Source: Phaeosaccion multiseriatum
Taxonomy: Eukaryota > Protista > Ochrophyta, other classes
NCBI GenBank assembly: GCA_965112735.1
Contig: OZ218959.1
Span: 2,976,001 to 3,040,000, forward strand
Direction of reading: 5' to 3'
Length of the DNA stretch: 64,000 bases
In this document: piece after piece, positions 1-12,281 of the stretch
Position numbering within the stretch: position 1 is the stretch's first letter
How the letters are laid out: each line of letters starts with the position of its first letter
Program-made: the position numbers and the translations under genes
The notes under the pieces: generated by a model
What the model saw: the letters and a program-made list of their open reading frames with translations, nothing else
The model's database searches: none
Told to the model about the DNA's origin: nothing

Positions 1-8
1 AGGGTGCA

Positions 9-1035
9 ATGGTGAGGAAGGAGCTGCTGAGGACGTTGGAGCTCCAGCAGGGTAAGGAGGAAGAGGAGGCTCTGAGAAGGGGTAGGAGAAGGCAGCAGAA
101 GGGCAGGATGGCACTGCAAGGCGACAAGGAGGAGGAGGGCCCTCCTCCTGACCCCAGGTACGGAGACGTGAGCTCTCCTCTGCTGGCGACGACCATGTGG
201 CCGTCTGTCAGTGCTCAGGACGAGAATGGGATGGGAGAGGGGGAGAGGGTGGTGGCTGCAGATTTGGAGATGGGGCTCGAGCTTCAGCCGAGGCGAGGCG
301 CAAACGAAAGGGCCTTCTTTGAACGTGGTGGTGGTGGTGGTGGTGGTGGTGATGGTGGTATTCGGCGGTTTCATCGGGGTCAGTATGGCCGAAAGTACGT
401 CAAGGCAGTGAGCCCCGGCGACAGAAGGAGGCGAGGAGGGGCGCCACGGAGGAGAAGGAGAAGGAAGGGGGGGGGGTGGCCATCGCAGGATGGCACTGGA
501 AGGCAGGATTCGTCCCCCGTGTATCCCGGAGGAGGAGGAGCTGAGCCGCCTATGGCTGCCCTGATGGCTTGTACGATACACACCGCCAGCAGAATGGCCG
601 ACCGCGCCTCCTTCGAGACGGGCAACCATTCCGTCGATTCTTCCATCAATCATTCCGTCGCGAGTGAGCACAGAGGGGGGTTCGACGCGGGACGGAAGGA
701 GAGAGAGGAGAGGGAGGCAGCTGCGGCCGCCGCGAGAGCCTTTGGTTCCAAGTTCGCATCCACGCTTGGGCCTGCTCGGCGACCCCCAATCGCGACGCCC
801 TCACAGAGAACCCCCGGGGGCTTGTTCTCCACGCCTTCCTCTTCGCCACCAAGATCGGGTGTTGCCGCACAGAGCCGCTTGTCCCTTGTTGAGGCTGCCA
901 CTGTCGCAGCAGAAGACGACATCAATGGCCGCCCCAGCCCTGCTGCTCCTCCTACTACCAGAACTGCAATGACTACTGTATCACCAACTGCTGATGCAAC
1001 GACAAGTGCTACGGCTACTGCTACAACAACAACTA

Positions 1036-1073
<38 letters not shown>

Positions 1074-2084
1074 ACTGCTACTGCACACGTATCACCAACT
1101 GCTGGTGCAGCTTGCGTGATTTCGTCTAAAGGCGATGCCCGTGAGCCGCACCGGAGACGCACAAGAAGAGCCTCTGCTTCTTCTTCTTCTTCATCGTGCA
1201 GCAACAGCAGTAACAGCAGTAACGGGGGAGGTGGTGGCTTCCTGAGGGCGGGGCAAAGGCGAAGAGTAGTACCCCTCCTGGGCAGCGATGGCAGTGATGG
1301 TAGTGACACTGAGGGGACGGAGAGAACGGAGGGTACCGAGGAACCGGAGGGTGATGGGGGCACTGGAAAAGATTCGATAACGGCAACGACGGCGACGCAG
1401 CTATCGTCTGTAGGGACGGCTTTGCCTGGGGGAGGAGGTGCGGATGGGCGAATACGCAGCTCGAATGCAGTAGCTGGAGGAGGAGGAGGAGGAGGAGGAG
1501 GAGGAGGAGGAGGAGGAGGAGGAGGAGGAGGAGGAGGAGGAGGAGGAGGAGGAGAGGCGGAAGCGGTGGTGCCTAAGAGGCCCCTGGACACTTCCACTCG
1601 GACGCTTCCGCCGCTGCGTCTTCCCAGCGGGGCGAGCAGCAGGCCCGGTGCAGTGAGACAGGGAAGACACTACAGTGTAGTGCCTTGTGCACCAAGTACT
1701 GGCGATGCCGCAGGAACTCTCTGTTCGGGAGTGTCCGAAGCACCAACATGCGAAGGTGGTGGTGATGGTGAGGGTGGTGCGTCGCGTGCTGAGACAGAAG
1801 GGCAGGAGGAGGGGCAAGCTCGAGGACCATGGACATGTGAGCTCTGCGGGTATACGAACCGCCTCGAGGACATCAGTGCGGCACAGCAGAGAGGCAAGAG
1901 CAGCGGCACCAGCAGTAGCCGCTGCGGGCAGTGTAGCCAGCTGCGGCCGGTGGTATTGGGGTCTGGGGCCAGCGCACAAGCAAGTACTACTCTACTGCAG
2001 CGCACCAGATGTCGGGGGTGTGACTTCGTGAATGTGGGGTTGGCGACGACGTGTGCGTGGTGCTCGGCGTCGCTTCGCACATAG
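9..2084 (+). CDS. Low-complexity protein with two C-terminal RanBP2-type (C4) zinc fingers; probably the 3' part of a gene starting upstream of the window
   Basis: 691-aa ORF; WTCELCGYTN...RCGQCSQLRP and RCRGCDFVN...TCAWCSA fit the W-x-C-x2-C-x3-N...C-x2-C pattern; poly-G/T/A/S tracts. Confidence 0.65.
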
Positions 2085-2470
2085 GACTACTCGGGGCAGA
2101 GGAGAGCAGTGCAGAAGTGAGAGAATTCACTCACTTTTTTCCTGCTGCATGGGTGGAAGTGTGTGATACAGTGCTTAGCAACGAATAATCACACACGGAC
2201 ATGGAATTTTAATTAATTCTACGTATTTTCTTTATTACTGTGCCCCGCTCGGAGAGCTCTCTCCTTACCGTATGCCTCTACTGCAGCCATGCTTAACTTC
2301 ACATCTGCCCGACTGGCTGGCCGAGGCACACCCAGATGGAAGCCTGCACAGGCGTATGGGAAGGCTGTGCGAGTAGAGGCCTATGGGAGGAGGGAGCAGG
2401 CGAGGCTCAATGTGTGAGAGAGTTCACCCCACAATACACGCAGCCTTCACCCTCCTCGCTCCTTCCGGCG

Positions 2471-2522
2471 CTAACCCTAATCCTAACCCTAACCCTAACC
2501 CTAACCCTAACCCTAACCCTAA
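2471..2522. repeat. Interstitial telomeric-type repeat (CCCTAA)n, about 8-9 units
   Basis: ctaaccctaatcctaaccctaaccctaacc... read directly. Confidence 0.9.
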
Positions 2523-2602
2523 ACCTGCCTTGGGCGACACGATCCGTCCTCCCCTATGATGACAATTCACACTGCTGCTGCCTCCACCTGCTCAGCGTCA
2601 GC

Positions 2603-2720
2603 TGTCCTCGTTTCGAGAGGGACACCTGGCTTCCTGTGTCCTCGTTCCGAGAAGGAGAGCTGGCTTCCTGTGTCCTCGTTCCGAGAAGGAGAGCTGGCTT
2701 CCAGGTGTGTCCTCGTTCCC
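2603..2720. repeat. 34-bp minisatellite, about 3.5 copies
   Basis: Unit ctggcttcctgtgtcctcgttccgagaaggagag starts at 2626, 2660 and 2694 (partial), with a degenerate copy at 2603. Confidence 0.85.
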
Positions 2721-2859
2721 TGCCCCTCGTCGTGCCTACCACACTCATAAGTCCTCTGCTTCATCCCATGACGTTTGCCATGCCCTCCCATGCCCACCCA
2801 TATGGTCCCCGTGGGGGCTCCCGCCCACGGCCACTGCCTTGCTTCCTCCCATTCGCGTC

Positions 2860-3240
2860 TCCTCCCTTCCCTCCACCCCCCTTCTCGCCCCCTCCCCTTA
2901 TTCCTTGCTCCCTCGCTCCCTCCCTTCCTCCCTACCTATCTCCCTCCCTCCCTTCCTTCCTCCCTCCCTCCCTTCCTCCCTCCCTCCCTCCCTCCCTTCC
3001 TCCCTTCTTCTTCCCTCCCTCCCTCCTTTCCTTCCTTCCTTCCTTCCTCCCTTCCTTCCTTCCTTCCTTCCTTCCATCCTTCCCTCCTTCGCTTCCATCC
3101 TTCTCTTCCTTCCTTCCTTCCTTCCTTCCTTCCTTCCTTCCTTCCTTCTTTCCTTCCTTCCTTCCTTCCTTTCTTCCTTCGTTCGTTCGTTCGTTCGTTC
3201 CTTCCTTCCTTCCTTCCTTCCTGCCTCTTCCTCTCCCTTC
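2860..3240. repeat. Polypyrimidine (TCCC/TTCC)n microsatellite tract
   Basis: Direct inspection; the same class recurs at about 5160-5240, 24510-24800, 26840-26990 and 32010-32330. Confidence 0.9.
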
Positions 3241-3644
3241 TTTGCTTTCTCATTCTCACTCCTACGCCCCTCGGCCGCTGAGTCCTCGCTCTGCTGATGG
3301 AGTCCCGTGCTGCTCGTTGCTCTACAGCGTCAATCATGCTGCTGCCTGCTGTTTGCTGCTGTATGACCATCTGCTGGTGGTCGTGTGGTTTTACATGAAC
3401 ATGGTCTGCCCGAAGAACTCATTCACTGCTCGTAACTCACTCTCCGTTTGCTCAAAGTAGGTGAGGTTGTCGTCATTTCTGTTGCAAAGCACTATTGGAG
3501 GACGTTCCCAGCTTTCTAAAGCACCAACGGACGATCAGAGCGAAGGGAGGGCAAGACGAAGGACGGGGGGCGTTAAGCCATGGTATAGTGAGGAGTGGGC
3601 CGAGGCACAGTCGGTCTGAAACCCTCCTTCTCCTTCTCGGTGCT

Positions 3645-6600
3645 CTACTTGGCTTGGCCGACATGCGAAATGCATAAAAAGTAGAAGACTAGAATCACTA
3701 TAAAAAGAGAAGAAGAGAGCGAGAGAGGGAGAGAGAGCGAGAGAGGGAAAGAGAGAAAGAGAGAGGGAGACAGACAGACAGACAGATAGAGAGAGAAGCT
3801 GGACCAACGGCAAGGACGGACGGGACAGGACGCACCAGGAGCGCGGAAAGTATTGCCCACGAGCTTGATGTTGCACACGACGAGCTTGTTCCGCAAGCTC
3901 TCTTGCTTCTCCGCCTCAGACAGCTCAAGTGCCACGAAGAGCGAAGGATGGCCGTGCAGGTCCGAGAACACACACTTCTCCAGCAACACGCGGCCACGCT
4001 GTACCATCATGCCCGGTCCACGCTCGTTCTTTGACACATGCACACGTCGAAAAATGGCGTCCCCCACCACAAAGAGTCCCGGGCCCTGGAGCTGTTGTTC
4101 AGCCGGTGGGTCCCCGTTGAAGACTGCGTCGGCCACGTGTAGGCTCAGCGAGATTCGACGCTCCAGGCGAAGGTTCTCGATGATGCATGACCCTCTCACC
4201 ACCAGCCCTGCCACGTTCTGGATGTGCTCGATATGCTCGTCCACCATGTTTCTGGTGTGGGAGACGGAAGGGCCGATGAAACACAGAACAGTGGGGTGGT
4301 GGGGCGGTCGTTGATTTTGAGGGGGGGGGGGGGGGTAGTTCTTCTTCACAACAAAGGGCGGGAAGGATGAGGCGCGGCGGTGCCGATGCCTACTCGCTCC
4401 CTTCCAAGCCTTTTACGTAAAACCACCCATCGAGCCGGCTGGTGCACCACGCACATGGAGGTGCAGTGAGGAGTGAGTCCACCGATTGAGTCTCAACGCC
4501 GACTCGAGCCCACAGCCAATCACTCTCCCCCTTCCTTGACTTGCTTACCGGCGAATGCACGCAGAAGGGCCCCTTCCCCGGAGGCGAATGCCCGCCTTCA
4601 CCTCAACGTCTTCGACGTTCAGCTCCACTTGCATGTCGATCACAATCGTATCACCTTACAGTTACAGTGGTTAAAGGTATTCGAGATGGACCACATCATC
4701 ATCAGCAAGTCAATACGAGGGGGCGCTGGAGACTGAATAGAGCGTATAGAGGATCGAAGCAAGTGTGGAGGGCGACGGCGTTGGGGTGGGATGTGCTTGT
4801 GCTTGTGTGCGAGCACCGCAACAACCGGAGGCGAACATTGAAGCGAAACGAACTACAATACCCACGCGCTGCACAGTGTCTAGCGGGCGACTCCGGCCCC
4901 TTACCCCTTACCCCTTACCCCGGAGCCTGCCACCCCCCCTCCTCCGTCCGAAAGGCCTTCACTAGGTCTGGGTCGGGAGCGTACAGCGTACCTGGCTCAC
5001 AAGCCTCCACCAAGGCGATCAGTGCCCTTTCTGCAGCGCGGCCCCTCCTCCCCCCGGGTATCCGACCCGCGAGCTCGCCAGGGTCAGCAGCGGAGTCCAG
5101 GCCATACAGGAGGATGCCGGGCACGTGTACCAGGCCAATAGGCTCCTCTGTGTGAGAGAAGGGAGGAAGGAAGGAAGGAAGGAAGGAAGGAAGGAAGGAA
5201 GGAAGGAAGGAAGGGAGGGAGGGAGGGAGGGCGGGAGGGAGGATCACACACACACAAAAGGAGGGCCACGCACACACAAGAGGCAGCGAGAGGGCAGCCA
5301 ATGTATAGTCGCGTACCCATGCGAGGATGAGGCAGCGTTCGCTCATGACCGAAGTCATGGTGAAGCATATGGGGCAGTAGCAGCACACGCAGTGGAGGAA
5401 GGTTCTTTCTGAGTGAGTGAGTGAGTGCATTGTGTGTCTCCGAGTGAGTGAGTGAGTGAGTGAGTGAGTGAGTGAGTGAGTGATTGAGAGAGTAAGTGAC
5501 TGAGAGAGAAAGTCAGTGAGTGAGGCAGGAGTGAGTGAGTGAGTGAGTGAGTGATTGAGAGAGTAAGTGAGTGAGGGAGGAAGGATTGAGTGGTGTGTGT
5601 GTACCTTCGAGGAGCCTTTCGGCCTCGTCGCTCAGCAGCTTGGTGGCGCCCCCTTCGAAGAACCAATCATTCACCACCTCCACGTGACCGTACTTCTCCC
5701 CGCTCACTGCAGGGGTGAAGTGTAAGTTGGAAGACGGAGGTGGGTAGTGAGTCATAGAGAGGTTCGCACAGAGGAGTGTGGCGGGGGTGAGGGGCGCGTA
5801 GGCGGCTCAATGAAGGGCCCGGTAGCAGGGCGGGCAACAGCTACGTACACCATGCCACACCACCATCGTATGGCAGCTTTCTCCCTCATCATGGTGTCGG
5901 TCGGTCGCACCGCCCCCCCCCCTCGCTCACCTGACCGATACTCCTGTTGGTTGACGCCAACGAAATTGGTTTCTCTCTCCAGGCCCAGGACACGAGGGCG
6001 GCTGGGCCACTTGGGCGCAGTGGGGTAGGGCAAGGCGTCTGCCGCTGGTGCCGCTACTCCTGCTGCTGCTCCTGCTCCTGCTGCTCCTGCTGCCCCTGTT
6101 GCCCCTGCTCGCGCCCCTGCTGCAGTATGTGCTCCACCTCCCACAGCCCCACCCTCCCCGGGGGCTCCTCCCTCCTGGCCTGCCCCCGCTGCGGTTTGCA
6201 AGGCGGCCACTCTTTGGTCGTACGCGGCCCTTGCGACCTTCCACGCGGCCAGGTCCTCCGTATGCTGTGCCTGCTTCGCCTCCCACCTTCGTCACGTGTG
6301 CCATGGTTTGATGTGAGAGTGAGCGGTCATGAAGAGCGAGATGTGAGGTCAACCAACCAACCAACCAACCAACCCACCCCTCCTCTCGCCCCCCCGGCCG
6401 AGCTTTGAGCCAATTCCCGGGCCAAAAAGTGCCTACTCAATACCCCGACGCACTCTCTCTCTGGCTGTGCTACTCAGGCTGAGCTGAGCGGAACGCACTT
6501 GCCTCACCTCTGCTGAGCCTTGTCCTTTCTATCCTGCTTCTCCTTCAAAAAGGCCTCCTCCGAGCCGAAGCGCTCAATGGCCGCGGCCAGACTCGCGCCT

Positions 6601-7463
6601 TGTGTGGTGAGCGTCATGGGCGCAGTCTCCTTCGCGACGCAGCCGGTCTCTTTGGCGTTCAGCACACGCAGGGTCGGCATGGCGGCCACCTGAAGGTCAG
6701 AAGTGGAGAGAGAGGGGAACGGAGGGACCCAGAGAGAGCCGCGGCCGGAGAGAGGGAGAGAGAGGTAGGGAGAGGGGAAGGGGCAGACAGAGAGCGGGAC
6801 GCAGAGCGGGAGAAAAGGAGTGTGTGGGGGGGTCTGAAAACCGCGAGGGATGAAGGGAACAGTCATGAAGAGGATGGATCCAATACCTCTCGCACGCACG
6901 GCCTCTCGTACACGCGCAAACAAAGCGTACCGCCAGCAGCCGCCAGACTGAGCCTCCCTCCTCCCCCCCCCCTCCTAGTCACGCACCTGCTTATCGCTGA
7001 GGAGGTACTGGGCCTTGGCGAGAGAGACACTGCTCATCTTGACGGAGGGCTTGGAGGTGAAGCACGTGTCGCACACTCGGCTGCATGTCAGCACAAAGAG
7101 GGAGGCTGTGGGAGAACCGCACTCGCTGCAGCGGTGGCTGCACAGTGCGGACACCAGCTGCCATTTGGTGATTGGGCCCCGATCAGCAGCCCAAGGTGAT
7201 TAGAAATTGCGAAGGCACCACGAGTCGTTCAGAAAAGAAGTTAGTAACTAAGGAAAGTAAGTAGAGGAGAGAGGTGGTTTGGGGGGGGGGGGGGCTGAGA
7301 GGAACCCTTGCCCCTTCTTGTTGTATCCAACACAGCCAACCCCACAAAGGTGGACCTACTTTGCGGTGCGAGAACTTGTCCACCATGGATTCAACCATCT
7401 CCGAGGGGAGGACGCGGAGGGGGTCCAGGTCCAGTGTCTAAAGCAGCTCCAGGCATATGGGCA

Positions 7464-7510
<47 letters not shown>

Positions 7511-8338
7511 GCGGGCGAGGCAATGTTGAAAGTGAGAGAGGCGCGAAGAAGGGAGGAGAGGAGAAGAGAGGGGAGAGGACATGGCGGAGAGGGTGAAGGG
7601 TCGTAAGCGGTTTCATAAAGGGAGTGCAACACGGCAGGGAGGACAAAGGTGAAAGTGATGCTCCTACCGAGGGAGCAAAAGAGACGAGCGGAGCTCTACT
7701 CCACTTACCTCCCACAGCTTCTTCCAGAGAGCCTCTTGAGAGCCCATGGCTCGTCCCGAGAGGTTGATCCCCCGAGCCGTGGACAGGGCCCTGGGGTCGA
7801 GGAAGCTGAGCACGTGCTCACTCGAATTCTCGTTCAGTGCTATCATCAGGCCGCCGTGGAGGGGGTTGAGTGTGTGGTGGTGCGTTAGGTTTGTTGCGGG
7901 GCGGGGAGAGGGAAAGGACACCAGCATCCCCTATAGTGTGTGTCCAGGCACACCCACAAGCCAAGGGTACCGCGCACGGCTGTCCACACAATACTACAGT
8001 ACGCAGCGGAGTGGACTAACGTGGCATAGAAGCTCACCTGGGAGCAGCGGAGCGAGGGCGGGGGTCGCGGCGCTGCCAGACTGGTTGGCCTTGCTCCTCG
8101 TTTTCCTCTTGCTGCCGCGGAGTGAACCGGCAGTCGCTATAGGCCCACCTGTCGCTGCGGCAGCAGCAGCCATCTCCGCCGACGTTCTCCTCTTCTTCTT
8201 GGCGCCACTCTTCTTCTGCTGCTCCTTGCCCTTGCCCTTGCCCTTGCTCTTCAACTTCTCATTCTCTCCCTCTGCGCCCCAATCCAGAGCATTCAGCGCT
8301 GCAACTGTAGCTGATCTTGTGCTTCTTGTGGAGGACAT
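3645..8338 (-). CDS. Multi-exon F-box-like protein with a central Cys cluster and a possible C-terminal right-handed beta-helix; 3' end uncertain
   Basis: GT-AG bounded exons encode LIALNENSSEHVLSFLDPRAL...EALWKKLWE (F-box-like), HRCSECG...RVCDTC (Cys cluster), AIERFGSEEAFLKEKQDRK, DTIVIDMQVELNVEDVEVKAGIRLRG and GPGMMVQRGRVLLEKCVFS; ATG at 8338. Confidence 0.5.
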
Positions 8339-8715
8339 GGCAGTACGCGACAACACAAAAGGCGGGCGCGGGGACGCGTTCCCGCCAATCCAAGTATTTT
8401 CCCGATCTGTCCGCTCTTCCTGCTCCCCACCTCTCACACTTGCTGGTTGCTCGCCACTTAATCACAGCACCTGCAGCTTTGTTTATTTTGGAGGCTTGGC
8501 CATAAAGTAAGACCTTTATTTTGGAGGTTGGGTCGAATGCACACAAATGGAAGGGAAGTCATCCGTCTGCTGCCATCCTCAAACGTTTCTGTCGCCGCTG
8601 TTCGCTGCTCTGGATATTTAGCAAGCAGCATCAGCACAGCAGCCACCCCACGTGTTATGAAGGCATATGGTGTTGGTACTCGTGGACGGTGACGACAGGA
8701 GCAGCCAGGAGCGAC

Positions 8716-9876
8716 ATGTACTCAAATGGGAAGCGAAAGGGAAGAGCTTTTTTAGTGCGGGTTGGTGGAGACGGCCGCCCTCGGCTCGGCGTGCTGCTGG
8801 CCTGGCTAGCTGCCGTGGTCCTGGCACTCTTTGTGGTGTATCGTAGATCGTCTTTCGGGGGGGAGGGGGCAGCGGGGGGGGCTGTTGGGCTTGCTTCTCG
8901 CAAACTCTTGTGCAAGGTATGGAAGGAGACGGATCTACGGCCGAGCAGGAAACCGGAGGACAGGCTGCACGACAAGTTCATGGTTCCCATGGAGAGGGCG
9001 AGCGTGCGCGACAAGAAGGCCAAGTGGGCTATGAAGATCACCGAGGACCAAGAGTTTGGGTGGTTGGGGGCCGGCGGCGACTATGATCGATCCAGATACG
9101 TACACGGCACGGCAGAGGCAGACCGGCGAGTCCAAGAGCTGGGCTACTGCAGAATAACCATGCCATCTCTACCGCGTACAGGCTCGTCGTGGTTCCGTCT
9201 AATGATCGAGACGGCGACTGGCCGCCCCACCGCTTCCATGTGGCCGGATGGGGGGCAGAGGGATGAACACCGCCAGTACTTTATCAACAAAGACCCCTGC
9301 GGCGCCAGTCCGCACCAGCTGGAGGCATCAAAGAAGGAGCAAGAACCCTTCCCATGCCGTAACTTGACGCTCCCGGGCGAGTCGGACCCCGTGCTTTTCA
9401 AGACCCACGTCCCGTTCCTGGCCTCGTACGACCGCTACAGCTCGGACTCGTCAAAGGTTTGCATGGTTCTGCTGCTGGTGCGGAACCCCATCGACAGCCA
9501 TCACGCAGTCACGACGTACTTTGGCCGTGAAGCGCCCGTCTTTCGAGAGTTTCTTCCTCGGTGGGGTGGGCACATGACACACTGGCTCGCGGAAGCACGC
9601 GGCAGTGATATTCCCATCATATCGTTCCGGTATGAAGATATGCTGAGGGATACAGCGGGTGTGCTGCGGCGGGTGTTGTCCTCCCTTCCCGGGCGGTGGG
9701 AGTGGTCGGAGAAAAGCATCGCAAAGGCGGTGGAGCTGTATGGGCCCCAGGCTTCGTTTGAAGAAAAGTGCGGCAATCGCGTGCCCAAATACACGGTTAC
9801 AGAGGTAGAAATGGTGCGCAAGCATTACACTGGGACAATGCAGCAGTTTGGGTACACCATTGAGAAGGTTCTGTAG
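8716..9876 (+). CDS. Type II membrane (Golgi-type) sulfotransferase, WSCD-like; single exon
   Basis: N-terminal TM GVLLAWLAAVVLALFVVY; 5'-PSB motif SLPRTGSSWFR; 3'-PB motif LLVRNPIDS; FRYEDML. Confidence 0.85.
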   Translation: MYSNGKRKGRAFLVRVGGDGRPRLGVLLAWLAAVVLALFVVYRRSSFGGEGAAGGAVGLASRKLLCKVWKETDLRPSRKPEDRLHDKFMVPMERASVRDKKAKWAMKITEDQEFGWLGAGGDYDRSRYVHGTAEADRRVQELGYCRITMPSLPRTGSSWFRLMIETATGRPTASMWPDGGQRDEHRQYFINKDPCGASPHQLEASKKEQEPFPCRNLTLPGESDPVLFKTHVPFLASYDRYSSDSSKVCMVLLLVRNPIDSHHAVTTYFGREAPVFREFLPRWGGHMTHWLAEARGSDIPIISFRYEDMLRDTAGVLRRVLSSLPGRWEWSEKSIAKAVELYGPQASFEEKCGNRVPKYTVTEVEMVRKHYTGTMQQFGYTIEKVL

Positions 9877-10112
9877 ACTGACTGAACAATGAGCGCAGCA
9901 GAGGCAAGGTGGCGGCAAGGTAACAAAAGGAGCAGCCAGAAAACAAAAACAACTGAAAAACAAAACAAAAGTTCACAGCTGGCGACTAAGTTTTCTTGTT
10001 TGGACACATCGCTGATCGTAGGTATCAAAGGCACGTAGTTATGGCCCGTTCCCTTCCAAGAAGCGGGAAGCGTGGGTCTGGTTATATGTTCCAATGTCCG
10101 TCGCCACTTCTG

Positions 10113-11712
10113 ATGGCCACTATTCTTTTCGTGGTGCTCCTTGCGTGGCCCCGCATGGCCGAGGGCAAATCAACCGCTGGTACGTGTCATGCAGTAAGCA
10201 ACCTGCCCTGTTTGCTGTGCCTCGTGTGCATTGCACTCTATCGCTGTAATTGAATGGCTGCAAGGATCGGGCTGTGCAATTGCTGCCTCGCTCTGCCCAA
10301 GTGGAGGAGGGGTAGCGAGAGAACAGTACATTTTGAAAAGAGGACCCATGTGGGCGGTTTGGAGGACCGCCCGACTTTACGCACCTCCCCCCCTCTCCTC
10401 CCCATGTGCTTTGGTGCCAATTGTGCATTCAGTGAGACCAACGGGGTGGCAAGTGAGCGAATTCTTGCGGGGTGGAGCGGCAGCAGCAGGAGGCGGGCAC
10501 AGTGATGACAGTTACGGAGAGGACGATGAAGAGGAGGAGGAGGAAGAAGAAGGATATGATGAGGACAGCGAGTATAGCGACGACGAAGAGGGAGGAGAGA
10601 GAGGGGATTATCATCAGCATCAGCACAGCAGACGGCGCCCACCCCCTTCTTCGCGAGGCAGCGAGAACCGGGGCAGCGGCCCTAGGAGAAGCGAGAGGGA
10701 CGGGCAGGGGGACAGTCAGTACACGGCCAGCAAACTTGCTACCAAGACTCTGAGCGGGCTGGGAAAGGCCGCGAAGGGCGGGGTGAAAGGAGCGGTGGGC
10801 ATCATGAAACCCAAGTCCGTTGACTTTGGCGATGTGACAGAGTGTACGTGGAAGTTGGAGCAGACCGTGGCCCTCAACGGCGGCAAAGGGAGGGAGGTTC
10901 AAGGTGCCGCTACCATGTGAGTGAGTGAGTAAGTGAGTGAGTGAGTGAGTACTTGAGTGTATGAGTGAGTGAATGAATGAGTGAGTGAGTAGTTGAGTGT
11001 GTGAGTGAGTGAATGGAGTAATGCACCCACAGACGAGTGCACGCTTTCCTCCCCCCCACTTCCCTCCTGCAGCGAGCTGCGCAGTGACGGATCTGTGATA
11101 ACCTCCTACAACGGAGAGGAGGAGGTGACGCACTTCACCTTCAAAAAGCACAGGTTGGTAACAGAGTGAAGAATAGGACAAAACACCAAAGAGAGGGCCG
11201 TTCGCCGCGCTCAGAGCAAAGTATGTCCACCCTTCGATAGCAAAAGTCAAACCCTTTGCTTGGCTCAGACCCCTCCCAGAAATGCGTCTACTCTTCTAGC
11301 CCTCCCTGTTCACCTCCTCCTCCCTCCTTCTCCTCCCCTTCCCCCCTCTCTACACCCAGATGGCCCAGGTACTGTACCATCGAGTTCGAGGCTCGCGCAT
11401 GGCAGGGACCGAGGGACGCACAACCCGTCATGAAGCTTTACAAGGGGTGGTTCACCAGAAGGTGTGTGCGCGTGCATGTGTGTGTGCGTGCGTGCGTGCG
11501 TGCGTGGGTCGGTGGATAGTTGGTGGACCGTGAGTCCGAGATGACTTGTCCGAAGCGCGATCTCGCCCTCTCTCTCTTTCTTTCTTCGAGGCGCTTCGTG
11601 CGAGTGCTCGAGAAGGCCCCCGCCGCCCTCCTCCTCTCTAAATCCTGTCCTTCCTTCCAACTCCTTCACTCCCCTCCTTTCGCTCTTTCTGTTGGTGGTG
11701 GTGGTGGTGGTG

Positions 11713-11744
<32 letters not shown>

Positions 11745-12281
11745 GTTGTTGTTTTTGGTGGTGGTGGTGCTGGTGGTGCTGTTGTTGGCGGTGATGGTGG
11801 TGCTGTTGTTGTCGTTTGGCATGTCAGTATGGTGAACTCCAAGCTAATCTCGCTGGAGGGCACCATCTACGAGGTCCAGGGGAGCATGCTGTGGAAACGA
11901 CAGGTCAAGTGCGGCAGCTTTGTGGCCAAGAAGAGGCCGCTACCCTCCACCTCCAGAGCCCCGAGGGGCCCAGCAAGAAGCCGTCGAGGGGCTCGTGAGG
12001 ACAATGAATATGATGAGGATGATGATGATGAGGATGAGGATGACGACGGCCGAATGGGGGTGGCGGGTAGAGGTAGAGATCGCGCGGAGAGTCGTGGGAG
12101 GGGGCGAAGACCCAACCAGGGGGGAGGGAGGGGCGCTGCCGGGGATGACTACCACCACGATGACGAGGACGAGGAGGAGGACGAGGACGAGGAGGGGGAC
12201 GAGGACGAGGCAGCCCTTGAGAGAGAACGGAGGGCGAGGGCACGCGCCAGCAGACGTGGGGGCGCCGGACGGAAGCGGTGA
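10113..12281 (+). CDS. Multi-exon hypothetical protein with a signal peptide and acidic/Arg-rich low-complexity ends
   Basis: MATILFVVLLAWPRMAEG followed by a GT donor; exons at about 10433-10916, 11073-11153, 11360-11461 and 11829-12281 join into a globular-looking core (TWKLEQTV...ELRSDGSV...WPRYCTIEFEARAWQG...LEGTIYEV...GSFVAKKR). Confidence 0.6.

Noticed and set aside
2336-3460. 374-aa ORF and overlapping ORFs
   Set aside because: Translations of telomeric, minisatellite and (TCCC)n tracts; no domain-like sequence
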